A DNA stretch of 64,000 nucleotides from Eukaryota sp. TZLM1-RC (Eukaryota > Protista > Metamonada: BaSk clade). Position numbers and translations under genes: made by a program. The notes beneath the pieces were generated by a model. The model made no database searches. It was not told where the DNA came from and saw only the letters and a list, made by a program, of their open reading frames with translations. Positions 23,691-36,378 of this stretch are shown piece after piece; the stretch's first letter is position 1; each line of letters begins with the position of its first letter. The DNA is taken from contig JAUPSS010000004.1 of the NCBI GenBank assembly GCA_040285825.1, positions 1,364,001-1,428,000 on the forward strand. The letters run 5' to 3'.

Positions 23691-26600
23691 TAAGAAGAAG
23701 GAACAGTTAGATTTCCACAGATTTGACACTCCATAATACCATAATGTCCCAAGAAAGGTAAAAGTAAGTTACTGCAAGGCTTAACGTGACTAATTAATAT
23801 TAACGTATCTCTTTAATTAACTAAACCTGTTCAATATAAAAACCTATTGGTACTATGTCTATTGTTCACTTTGGTTCCCAATACAATATGAATTGATAAC
23901 AATTTTTAATAAAATATACTGTTGACGAAAGTAATTTGTTTTGAAATTTTACCAACATTTTTTTGATCATTTTGATTGATGAAACTCATCAACCTCCACT
24001 GACTTACAAAAATTCAAAAATCAAATGAGTAATTAAGAGCAATAGCTTGGAAAAAAATATTCCTGAATCAGGTTGTCAAAATGTCTACGTGAATTATAAT
24101 TAATTAACACTTATATAATTTCAAATAAAACTTTAGTATTGAAATATTGTGCAAAAATCTACAACATTGAGTTCTCCAATTTGATTAAAAAGATGAATAA
24201 TAAAATTCGTTCCACGTCAGTAAAACAAATAAAACTATTTTTTTGCAATTTTTTATCCAATTTTGCAAATAGTTCTCCTTCCCATTTCTTTTCACACATT
24301 CTGAAAGTATATGGAATATTTTTATCTAATTAAGAACTCAGAACTTTAATGAGAATATGGTCTTGTATTTCTCAAACCACTATACCTCACGATGATTGAA
24401 AGTGTGGAATGAAGTTCACAAACTCATTTTTTTATTTAGTTCGCGTTTCCAATTTTTCCGCTTTTATCCTCATAAGGCTACCTGTGATCAGTTATATGCA
24501 GTATGTAGATGCTACAGTATTAAAGTTTATTTACAAGCGGTCATCAAAAACTTGAATGAACTGTAATATTACTGGGAAGAGTTTGGGAGACGAACATCAG
24601 ATGTTGGTCATTCTTGGTAAAGTAACCTGATTTCAATTAGTGGTCATGTTTCAGTTGATCCTGGTAACTGATCCAACCAAAAAAATGTATTGAACTATTC
24701 ACCTATTCATTTCAGAAATGCTGGAGCCAAAGATGAAAAAATATAAAACAATATGGCTCGTTTACAAGGTAATACTATTCGATACGCATTTTTTCATTGT
24801 TTGAAGACTCAATTACGGCACAATAAATGATGGCTGAATTTGTAAATGCTGTAACTAACAATAATTTGCAAATTTAAATTAAATTGCATTTTAAATGTTC
24901 TTTGGGAATGGGAATCTATTAGTTAATCAGAAAGTTATTCCTATTAGCTAAGATATAGTCTCTTATCGGTATCTCATAAGTTAAAGCCGAAATATATTGG
25001 ATCTGAGTATAAACTCAGTTGTTTGAGGTTATTATTTATTATTTTATTTTATTTATAATTTTGTTATTTACTTTGTGTGTATTTCCTCTCTATTGTTATT
25101 TTAAAAATCTGTTATTCTTTCCATAGCTGTATAACAAATATAATTTTGCAATGAGTTTTAATTAAAAAAATTGAAAAATCGATTAAACCATATGGCAATG
25201 AAAGATATTGATTTGAGTAATTAAAATCCAGTATCAATTGAGCTGAACCAGTTTTCTACGAAAAAAATTGTAATGTGAGCATTAAACTACTGTAAAGAGA
25301 AGCTATATAAGAAACATAACGATTTTGGTAACCAGAATACAAAAGTTAAAACAAGAAAAACAATTGTCTGAGCAATTAATTGAATTGTATATGGTAAATA
25401 AAATAAAATTAGAAAAAATAAATAAAATAAATAAAATCAATAAAATTAGTAGGAAAAATGCTACTATTAATGACTTGAATCTATCATTATCTTTTTGCTT
25501 TTTACATATTGAAAGGCAGTACACAAACACCCCAAACAACAACAACAACATTTCAATGTCTATCCTAAAGTCGATCAATTTACCATAAATACCAATAAAC
25601 AAGCAAAAGTGTCAGTAATGAGAGTCTTTAAATTGAAAGTTGTGTCCTAGAACTTTTCTACAAAAATAATGGTTAACCATAAAACAAAAAATCAATCAAT
25701 CAAATCAAAATCAATCACCAAATAATGATACACTTGAAAATGGTACCGTGATCATGAGAACATTACCAAAAACATTGACTAATGATTGAAGAACCATTGA
25801 GTTTAGTACTTTTGTTCAGTGGCTTACAATGACATTCGTTATTTAGGTTTATTCTAGTTGGATCACAGTCGTTTAAGGTAAACATAGCAAAAGTAAAAGT
25901 TGATTGGTGAAAGAACAGCATTTCAATTTCACCTAATGGTAAACCAGTTACTTCTAGTTCATTAAAACTTGACACATAGTGAGTAATCATTAAATCATGT
26001 GATAATTCAACTTCATATAAACTGAGTGATTGGGTATAATCGACCAATAAATCTTGAGTATTTAGTGTTAATTCAAGAGTAATAAGGACACAACTACTGT
26101 AAAACAAATTTAAACGATTACACCGATTCATTTTCAGAACAATCACCAATAATTCCTTTGAAAACTTTTGAAGAAGTGAAAAATTAAGCGTTGAATTTTT
26201 CCATTTACTGCACAAATTGTTGAACTTCAAATGAATAAAGTACAAATCCATAGTTCTAAACAGTCGTTCCCTAAACTAAACTTTAGGGAACTTGTTGATC
26301 AGTGTCATTTGGAAATCCATCAATTGACGTGTCAGTTGACGTGCTCAATCAATTTCATTAGGTTTTCTGCATGGAGGATCTGACCTATAGAATTGATGTG
26401 GAAAGAGAAGAAGTCGTTGAATGGTCTGAAAAGGCTCATAGGGAAGAAATGGAAGCTGTAGCTCACCATCAGTTGCTTGATCATGCGCTACACTCATTCG
26501 TTAATCCACTTCCTAATTCACTATCGAATCAGAATAGATTTCGATATAGTGCTCGTAATAACGTTCTAGAGTATGTAATCTCAGGTTTAAGTCGTGCTCT

Positions 26601-26797
26601 TCCCACCTGAAGAATTATGGAAAGTAAAGTAAGTTAAAATAACCACAATAAATAATAAATAAATAAAAATAAATTAAAATTAACTTTATAACTTGAATGT
26701 AATCTGATTGCCAGTTGCAATAAAAATGTACCTCAAAAGGGTGTTTGGCTGCGCTCTAACCTGAATCTCGAGCTGAATTCATCAAAATTAATTATCT

Positions 26798-27731
26798 TCA
26801 GAAGTTCATAATTAATTCATGCGAACCAATTAAGCGAGAAGTTTCTGTTCCGCTTCCTCCACCTTTACATTGAAAAGGATTAGGACAGGAGGAACGAACT
26901 GCAAACTGGGGTTCAAGCATGTCATCAGGGAAGTCGGGAAATTCTGGATCAAAGGGATCTTCTGGCACGATGGGAAACTCAACATCAGTTCTAGGTTCTA
27001 CTTCAGTGATGAATCTGTAAAATGCCCACAACTTGAGAAAGATCAATGGTAACAGAGACTTCTTCTTCTCAGGATCTTCATCATCTTTGGGACACTTGTA
27101 ATCAGGAGTAGAGCAAACATCATCGCAATGCTCAACAATGCACTTCTTGTATGCTTCTAAACGGTTGCTATAACACCTGTTAAACTTCTTGGTCATGTAC
27201 TTTTGTGCACAAATGTACATACAAGCAGGGCAGTCCTTTTGAAGGTCAGGTTTGGGACAAGGAGGAAGTTGGGTGGGTTTGGGATGGTCATAGCAGTGAC
27301 AGTCAACAAACCCACAAGAAACTTTATCCAAATAACCATGTTTAATTAAATCCTCGAACCAAGGTGAGCAATGCACCTTCTTCCCATCACTACAATGAAG
27401 ACGTAGCTTTTGGAGCTTCTGGTTCTTGGCCAAACTGTGGAGCATGTCAGAATACTTATCAGGCAAGGGAATCTTTGTGCAGTGAATTGCCACTTCCTCC
27501 AAGAGCTTCCATGTCTTGCACCACTGGAGAGAATCAAACATGTTGTTGTCCAGCAAGAGTTCTTTGAGGTTTGTAAGGCCGCAGAGATCAGGTACATGAG
27601 ATCTTAAATGGTTCCCTGATAATCTCAACTTGACCAAAGACTTTAGATGAGAAAATGATTCAGGTAAAGTACTTGTGAGATGGTTTTCCTCAAGAGAGAG
27701 CACCTTGAGATGACGAAGACAGCCAAGATAA
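26798..27731 (-). pseudogene. 5'-truncated copy of the LRR/Cys-rich gene at 32481 with a different C-terminus
   Basis: Near-identical to about 33078-33839 up to TDVEFPI, then diverges; lacks signal peptide and ATG. Confidence 0.85.
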
Positions 27732-29054
27732 ACAAAGAGACAATGTGGGTATATGAAGAGTTAAAGAAGTGAAAAGCACTTTGGGTGACATTGATTTGGA
27801 TGTGAATGAATCAAGACCCTGGTGTGGATTATGAGATAATCAACATTCCGCAGAGTCATTTGTAAGAAGGAGCAAGGAAACGCATGTTTAAAAGCCATTC
27901 ATTGTTTTTTAACAAAAGTCCATTGAGTTATTAGTCTGTTTGTTATTGAGACGTATCTTTGTCCAGAAAAAACCTAAATTGGGGAATGGACTCTCTGAAG
28001 TTGCTTGAAGAATATAGTATAACATTGAATTAAAGTAGTACTAGACGAATTATCTAATTTTGAAAGAAATTGATCAAAATATTAACTGGTTTCCCTCCCA
28101 AAAAGTTGAACATAAATGGGAATTATCCAAAAATTTATAAATGGAAACTCCTTTTGATCACCTTTGAAGAATGGTGCTTCACACAAAACAGATGTTTTTG
28201 AAAAATACATTCCACATAAATCAGCAATGCAAAACAATTCAGTTTAATTGATGAAATCATTGACTTCCAATAGAACAATTTTGAAATAATGAAGTAGTAA
28301 AGCAACATATTTTATTCAAATGTTGTTAAAAAAATCGACAAAATTAGGCTGTAACGAAAATGAATTTGCTTTCACAATGTCAGCAATTTTTCATGTATTT
28401 TAAATTTTCATAATCATCATCAGTTGACTTACATCTTTTTAGAACTGTCTCTTTTACTGTCTCGTTTGGAAGAACTTTCTGTTAAAATACCAATGGTCTA
28501 TTCTAATGAGCGAGACTTTGAATGGCGACTGTAGGATGATTTTCAAACAAAATAACATCTCAATGGATATGAGTCTGTTTAGAAATTCTGTGATCAATGT
28601 GGGCAAACAGTAATAGTACATTGCTTGAATTGACTTCCATAAGCAATGTATTTTCCAAAAATTCACTGGAAAATATTCTGTACATTGCTTGAATCCAGAC
28701 ATACTCGCAGCCAGTACTTGGTTCAATAACATTAACATTATTGATTCATAAGAGTTTTTCACTCTTTAGATGGAAATCAAAACTAGTTTCACTGATCAGG
28801 AAGGTCATCGAATTGGAAACTCTGCGGGTAAGCTAACTACTTTAAGAATGGATTAACAAAATAGAATTAGAATACTTTTGACAAAGACACCTTTAAAAAT
28901 TTTTACCTGAGCAGTGGTGAGTATCTCACATTCAGTTCTTTTTGCGTTGGTTATTGCCAAATAATTTCAGCGATGTGGTATTCATTCCAAATTGGTTGTT
29001 AAACCTGTTATTGATTTAATGTTAATTTAGTTATTTGTCTCTGAAATCACTATT

Positions 29055-30620
29055 TTTATATTTATTGAATTTGCACACTTGATTAAATTAAATCATAACT
29101 AATGGGACGACTATCATTAAACCAAGATTTCCTCTACAAAATCTTGATTTGCTTGCTGTCTAGCTAAAGCTTCTCTAATTCGATTGAAAAACCGCGGTAA
29201 TCTATTAATAATGGCAAATTGAATCCGTGAACGCCATACAAAAATATCAAATCTTTTCATTGTTTTTTCTTTCACCATTTTTTGGAAGTCATCCAAAAAA
29301 GTTTCTGCTTCAACTGATAATCTTCCATTTATCGAAAATGGGAAAGCGATAAAAACGAGCTGTGTATTTCTATTAACATTTGCCTCTTCAATGTCTTTAT
29401 CATATTTTCTATGTTTCTCTCTTGCTTTAAAATCCAGAGCAGCCACCGGATTAAGTTTTCTTCTGTGAACCAAAGTATCGTTTGCAACATTACATGAGAC
29501 AAAATCAACAATAGCTTCAGAATTATCAATCCAATCACAGTATACATCACCTCTATCATCAGAACCAAAATTATTCAGAGAAAGTGTTTCCTTCAGCAGG
29601 GGCTCTTTGATACACGATATCCTTGCAGTTTGTGCCATATTGAAAACAGTGTCTCTAACAGCATCATGTAATGAAGAACGATAAGTTATCAATTTAGAGC
29701 AATTTAGAGCATGGCGCAAAGTGAGTTGAGGTGAATTCGAACAAATACATTTTTCTTTTGATAATAATTGGTTAATGGGGATGTTCAAATACAATCTCAT
29801 TTTTGTTACAAATGCTTCATTAGTGGCACACAATCCAAATCTTCGTGGTACAATGGTTACAAAAAGTGAAGAATCTGACGCCTTGTTTTCACAAACACCC
29901 TTTTCCAATAACAAAGAGTGAAGATCTTGATTTACAACAGCCGAGCTGCAAATATTATTATAAAGATCTTTTTCATACATTCCAGTCAATCTTTTCTGTA
30001 ATGTTCGAAGAGTGTACTTCAAATTTAAAACATTTGTTTCTGGAATATTGCCATTGAATGATTGGGGAAAACATCGACCCCATTTTTCTACATCAATTCT
30101 TGAAATTTCTTCATTTAATGCAAAAACAGTGGAACTTTGCGTTGCCATCAATAAATCTTCCCAATCTGCAAATCTTTCGGAAAACTCAGAGATTGCGTTT
30201 CTGCATCCACCAACAAAAGCACACGAAGTAAGAACAGGAGCCTTCGTCCACCCTGAACCGCCATAATGTGGACTAAGGTAAGAATGGTCTGGAATTTGGA
30301 ACATTTTACATCCCAGCAATTGAAACAGAACTTTTGCACGTAATTCATCAATCTTCTGAGCCAAAATTCTAGTGACGAGAGGATTTGTAGATCGAAATAT
30401 ATGATTAAAATTGGAACTAAAACACAGTCTTATAATGGTAAATTTGATGTGTTTTTCTATATCTAAATTCATCATTCGGTCAATTTTGTCAGAAATTGAG
30501 TTCAACTTTTCAAACAATTTTTTGGTAATTTCATCATTATTTCCTAAAAACGAACCCAAATGACGAATAGCATCAATTGAATATAATTTGGCTTGAATTT
30601 CAATATCATCAATTGAAATC
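29055..30620 (-). mobile_element. 5'-truncated CRE-like non-LTR retrotransposon family B (RT thumb, zinc knuckle, RLE); ORF 29117-30622 uninterrupted
   Basis: HLGSFLG, GGSG, CIC..HALNC, RSSLHDAVRD, E..RGD..D, K..KY motifs; probable TSD AAATCACTATT at 29044-29054 and 30621-30631. Confidence 0.92.
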
Positions 30621-31265
30621 AAATCACTATTGAAATCACTTTTTTGACACTGAAGACCTCACTAGTGATGGTATTGCAATTAAGTATAACTCACAGTCAC
30701 TTTTATTAATTCATCGGATTTTTAAACATTTAAAATAGCATGCCTCATGAAAGTACAATTTTTGGTATTGATGTGTCGACTTCAAAATTGAGAAAATTGG
30801 AGTACAAATGTAATAATTCTATTGTCAGTTTGTGGGCAACAATTTTGAATTTGCAAACAAATGTTGCCTTTAGTCTTTTGTAATAAAGAAAAGTTACTAT
30901 TTTGGCTTATATATTGTCAACAAAATATTTCGATTGTCAAAAGAGAATATAAAATGCAAATGTATAAGATTTATTCCCCAAATGTCATTGATTAAAAATT
31001 GCCAAAAAAATACTGAAATCTTCTGTTTATTGTTCTTCTGTCATAAAATAAATTTTTGGGTCATTGAAAACAGCAACCATTTACAACAAAGAATCAACGG
31101 AAAATCCACCAACAGAAAAGTGTATTATGGAGCAAAAACATTGTATGAGCAACCTTGATCCATTTGTTCATTATAGCATTTTACCCAAATAGTGTTTGAA
31201 AAATTCCAATCATAATCATGGCTTGACAAAAATTTCTCAAAACTCAATGGCAAGACTTTAGAAAA

Positions 31266-32152
31266 CTTGTGAGACTTGGCTTGGCCAAGAAAAAGAATCC
31301 CGCTTTTGCAAATCTTTTACAAGATATGCGTGACAGTACTTCTTCTGCCTTAGTAACAACAATTCCACAAGTTTATGGTACTCTCTTAACCGATTCTGCT
31401 TGGACTCTAAATATGAGATTTCGTTCCTTTATCTGGCCTAATAATTTACCTCATAATTCAATTTGTAAATGTTCTCGAGAAATTACAACTACTCATTTGT
31501 TAAATTGTAAACATTTTATTACTTTTAGAAGCAAGGTTCATGCTGCTTCGAGAGACCAGTTATATTGTATGTGTAAGTCTCATAGAATTGATTCCTTTTT
31601 GGAACTTCTGTTGTCAAATGTGTTTGATGCTGAAGATGATTTTCATAAGAATAATAGAGGGGATGTAATATTACCTGGATTGAATGGAAGCTTTATTTTG
31701 TTGGATGTGATGCCTGTTAATCCTTGTAATGCCTCAAATGAAAGGCTTGTTAATTCTAAAATTCATAATCCTCTTTCAAATGCTGAAAATTTTAAATTCA
31801 AAAAATACAATGAACCTTTGTCCAAATTGGCCAGTCTACAGCAAGCAAAATACAATTTGTATCCATTTGTATTTTCCCTTTTTGGTTCACTTGCACCAAC
31901 GGCTTTACGTTTTTTGGCAGATTTTGAAATGATTATCAAGAGAAGAACTGGCAGGAATTTCAACAGATTGTTTTGGCAAAATAGAATTGTGTTTTCTATT
32001 TTTAAGGGGATGTTGAAGATGGTTTCTGATGCTTTGCTTTCTCTTGGATCTCACTATGAGAGAGTTGCATCTAGTGTTTTTGTGTTGGGAGAGATGAATT
32101 TTTTAGATGTTGATTTATAGGTTTTTAATAAAATTAAAATAAATTAAAAAAA
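31266..32152 (+). mobile_element. 5'-truncated RLE family A copy with A-rich tail and a 14-bp TSD
   Basis: CKC..HLLNC..RSKVH..RGD; AAGACTTTAGAAAA at 31252-31265 and 32153-32166. Confidence 0.93.
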
Positions 32153-32405
32153 AAGACTTTAGAAAAACAAAAATTGATTCATTCCACAATTCATTGTCAA
32201 CAACGACATGGATACAGAAATAAACAAATCAAAGAATACAATACTCAATACATCAAAAAAAATTATTGATCACATTTAATGATGTTGTCGTTATCAACCA
32301 CTTCGATGAATCCCATAGATATGTCAGTTTTTTTGTTTACATCAAAATCAATCAACAAATCAATCAAAAGAATAATGAACAATGTGGTGGAAACCGTTTA
32401 GAATT

Positions 32406-32435
32406 ACTGTAAACTTTTACAGTCGACATTACAGT
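32406..32435. promoter_or_regulatory. Cluster of three TTACAGT motifs upstream of the ATG at 32481
   Basis: ACTGTAA 32406, TTACAGT 32417, TTACAGT 32429. Confidence 0.4.
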
Positions 32436-32480
32436 GGTCAATAAATGCATCTTCCTCTGCCGACCATCACTTCACTGACC

Positions 32481-34695
32481 ATGCGAGCATACATAGTGCT
32501 ATGTATTTGGCTTGCTATTGCCTCAGCCCATCATTTCTCGGTAAAGGTTGCTCATGATGATGTAGTTGATGTTTACGATCCCTCAAAACCAATGACTGAT
32601 AAGCTTTTAATGCGAGTAGAAGGGTTTTCCATGGAATCACGTGCTCATTACCAGCTGATATTCACCCCTGACGTGCTAGTTTCATGCGAAAGCTGCGTAG
32701 TTACCAAAGGAAAAGATGGAACCACTCTGGTTGAAGCTACCATCAATCTTAAAGAAACATTTACCATCCACTATGGTTTAGTAAGTGACGTGCAAACTGA
32801 ACTTCTAGACTCACGTAGTAGAGTATGTTTAGGAAAAGATCAACTGAAATTGCCCCCAACTGCTATCAAGCCAAAGAAGTTTGATTGTTCCAAAGTCTCT
32901 TCGGAAAAGGCTCTCAAGGCGTTTTTCCTCACTTCCCGTGGTTCGTATTGGCACTCTGCAAATTACTGGGTGTCTTCCAATCCCATTTGTCAGTGGGAAG
33001 GTGTGTATTGTTGTAACGAAGGTAATGTTGTTGGAATAAACCTTCCAAGAAACAACATTCAAGGTCGTATTCATCCTTATCTTGGCTGTCTTCGTCATCT
33101 CAAGGTGCTCTCTCTTGAGGAGAACCATCTCACAAGTACTTTACCTGAATCATTCTCTCATCTCAAGTCTTTGGTCAAGTTGAGATTATCAAGGAACCAT
33201 TTAAGATCTCATGTACCTGATCTCTGCGGCCTTACAAACCTCAAAGAACTCTTGCTGGACAACAACATGTTTGATTCTCTCCAGTGGTGCAAGACATGGA
33301 AGCTCTTGGAGGAAGTGGCAATTCACTGCACAAAGATTCCCTCGCCTGATAAGTATTCTGACATGATCCACAGTTTGGCCAAGAACCAGAAGCTCCAAAA
33401 GCTACGTCTTCATTGTAGTGATGGGAAGAAGGTGCATTGCTCACCTTGGTTCAAGGATTTATTTAAACATGGTTATTTGGATAAAGTTTCTTGTGGGTTT
33501 GTTGACTGTCACTGCAATGACCATCCCAAACCCACCCCACTTCCTCCTTGTCCCAAGCCTGACCTTCAAAAGAACTGCCCTGCTTGTATGTACATTTGTG
33601 CACAAAAGTACATGACCAAGAAGTTTAACAGGTGTTATAGCAACCGTTTAGAAGCATACAAGAAGTGCATTGTTGAGCATTGCGATGATGTTTGCTCTAC
33701 TCCTGATTACAAGTGTCCCAAAGATGATGAAGATCCTGAGAAGAAGAAGTCTCTGTTACCATTGATCTTTCTCAAGTTGTGGGCATTTTACAGATTCATC
33801 AGTGAAATAGAACCTAGAACCGATGTTGAGTTTCCCATCATTGAGCCTACACCAACGAGTCCTATTGACGAACCTACAACCCCTATTGACGAACCTACAA
33901 CCCCTATTGACGAACCTACAACCCCTATTGACGAACCTACAACCCCTATTGAAGAGGAAGTCATTGGATTCTTTCACATCAAAGAAACTTCTTGTCCAAG
34001 GTCTACAAATTGCGAGGACAGATCTCCATCATACATTATGGGTGCTCCAGAGACCGACGACTTTCCTGGTATGTATTCGTACTTCGCTAATCTAAGGAAT
34101 TGATCTTAGTCAAGGAATTGAAGATATTGTAGTGGAAGCAGCTCACATGAATGAACAAACTGTCAGTGCACTTGCCAGCAATGACGTAACCACAATGGGT
34201 GACTGGTTCGACGCACCCCCAGGTGTTGCAGAGCCGACACTAGGATCTCTCGAACCTGGGGCACCGTTTGTGATCTGTAAGGTGTCGGACTTTCCAAACA
34301 AAGTTACAACAACAGAAACCACTAATACTCATCCTTACGTACATAGGGAAAACTTAGAAGAGCCACCATCCACGTTAGTGCATCGAACTGAATTACCTTA
34401 CTGTAACAGAGGACATTGTGATGGTTTTGAAAGTGCACCAAAATTTGAGAAGACAGATTCTGATTTCAACTGGGATGGGGTCGAAGATATTGTACTGATC
34501 CGAGACAAAAGCATCTTTTGTAAATGCGCCGATCTTGCATATGAAGCATTACATGGTGAAACTGGAAGACCCAATACAGCAGAACTCTACGTATTCAGAG
34601 TTAGTTTCAAAACAAAGGCAGATGGTCAAGAAGTGAAAGCCATTGATGTCCTTGCTGTCACTGGTGCTGGTTCTTGGCCAAACTATTGTGAATAG
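32481..34695 (+). CDS. Secreted LRR + Cys-rich protein with cyst-wall-protein-like LRR architecture; intron 34069-34096 (28 nt)
   Basis: Signal peptide MRAYIVLCIWLAIASA; LRR cap AL..G..W..W..C.WEGV.C..V..I.L..G..GCL; LRRs; Cys-rich region; PIDEPTT repeats. Splicing GTATGT..CTAATCTAAG joins ORF 34132-34695 in frame. Confidence 0.85.
33861..33953 (+). repeat. Coding minisatellite, 21-bp unit x about 4.4 (PIDEPTT)
   Basis: cctattgacgaacctacaacc repeated in tandem. Confidence 0.95.
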
Positions 34696-34959
34696 TACTT
34701 TTGACGCCTTGTTTGTGAATAAATGTGTTGGATACAGTACTTTCAGTATGAATAACAAATTGTTAAAATCATATGTGAAATTGTTTTTAAATGATGTAGT
34801 TGACTTACAAGATGTCGTTTTAAGAAATTTTCAGTGCCAAACGAAAATTTGCAAACACTGGTCATTGTAGATCTGAACGACAAAGTTATGAAGATGATAG
34901 ATTCTACTAGGTGCTATATGCACAAAGGAATTTCTGTTGGCTTTGAGACAATTTTTTGA

Positions 34960-35614
34960 CAAACCCTTTGAACCTCAATTTCCTAACCTCTCTGATGACA
35001 TGCATGAACACCAGTTTGCAGTCCGTTCTACTTGTCTTATTACTTTGAGTTGTGAAACGGGTCGTCAAACGGTCACTACTCGATTTGATTGACACAGCAG
35101 ATTGTTACCATGAAGAACATTTGAACAACATCAATGCTTGGTTGAAAGAAGTTTAATTTTTGGTCAAGGAAGTCACAAAGGCAGGAGATAAGCAGACTGA
35201 TGAAGAATGGCTTGATGACACCGAAATGATGGAATGTGATACGATTATCAATGGTGTCACTTACGATTTGGAGGTCAAATTAAACACAGATTTGCTAAAA
35301 GAAACCATTCCTGATGAACGATACACTCCAAATTGGCGGTATGGTGAAGCGCGTCATTGTTGAAATGTGATCCCAAATGTCCCTATTCTCCAGCTGAGCT
35401 TGTTATTCAATTCAAAGGTCAAAATCATTATTATTGTGATTGCCTATTAAAACATGTTCAAGAAACTGGCGACGGAAATGAAGAGTTTGGTGATTTGGAT
35501 GGAAGAGTGTTTGTAGTTCGTATAGAATTTCCCTATCCAGGAACAGGTGAGCCAATGTTCAGAGCTTTGAGTCCAATTAATATTTCTCCTGTGGGTCCTC
35601 CTTTTGAACCTTAA
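34960..35614 (+). pseudogene. Orphan, disrupted C-terminal module of the LRR gene family
   Basis: PFEPQFPNLSDDMHEHQFAVRSTC resembles PFDPEFPDFPDDMLEPQFAVRSSC of the 26798 copy; later CDC..VFVVRIEF resembles CKC..LYVFRVSF; contains stops and a frameshift. Confidence 0.65.
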
Positions 35615-35647
35615 TGTTACTCGAAACATAGTGTTTGAAAATCTTAG

Positions 35648-36378
35648 TTGTATAGATTCCTAGTCTTAATTGACGTTAAAATTCCACATTCTTGATTAGG
35701 TTTTATTTAAAATTGTTTATTAATTTAACAATTACATCATCAATCTTTTATATCTAGTTACATGACTACATATTATCAATTAATAATATTTATATTCTAA
35801 TCTCAGGTAATACAACAGTGATGTCAAAATCCATTGCAGACTTAATAGTGCATAAAGTGTTCAGATGACATTTACTTTAATTAATAAAAATTACAAAATT
35901 AAGTAATTAATTAATAAGTATTCCATTGTAATAATAATTGTCAACAATTGTTATATGACTGTGTGAGACTCGAATATAATTTTATTAACTATTCGTTTCA
36001 AACAATGTATTTGTATAGATTCCTAGTCTTAATTGACGTTAAAATTCCACATTCTTGATTAGGTTTTATTTAAAATTGTTTATTAATTTAACAATTACAT
36101 CATCAATCTTTTATATCTAGTTACATGACTACATATTATCAATTAATAATATTTATATTCTAATCTCAGGTAATACAACAGTGACGTCAAAATCCATTGC
36201 AGACTTAATAGTGCATAAAGTGTTCAGATGACATTTACTTTAATTAATAAAAATTACAAAATTAAGTAATTAATTAATAAGTATTCCATTGTAATAATAA
36301 TTGTCAACAATTGTTATATGACTGTGTGAGACTCGAATATAATTTTATTAACTATTCGTTTCAAACAATGTATTTGTA
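35648..36378. repeat. Near-perfect tandem duplication, 2 x 363 bp
   Basis: Units start ttgtatagattcc at 35648 and 36011; only one difference seen (gtgaTgtc vs gtgaCgtc). Confidence 0.95.

Noticed and set aside
26266-26291. 10-bp hairpin GTTCCCTAAA-CTAAAC-TTTAGGGAAC as a Helitron end or terminator
   Set aside because: No CTRR terminus, no second copy and no associated element.
23700-26610. Short AT-rich ORFs (24139, 25303, 25325, 25763, 26371) and the similar 51562-52600 region
   Set aside because: Low complexity or decayed, with no recognisable domain; cannot be supported as genes.
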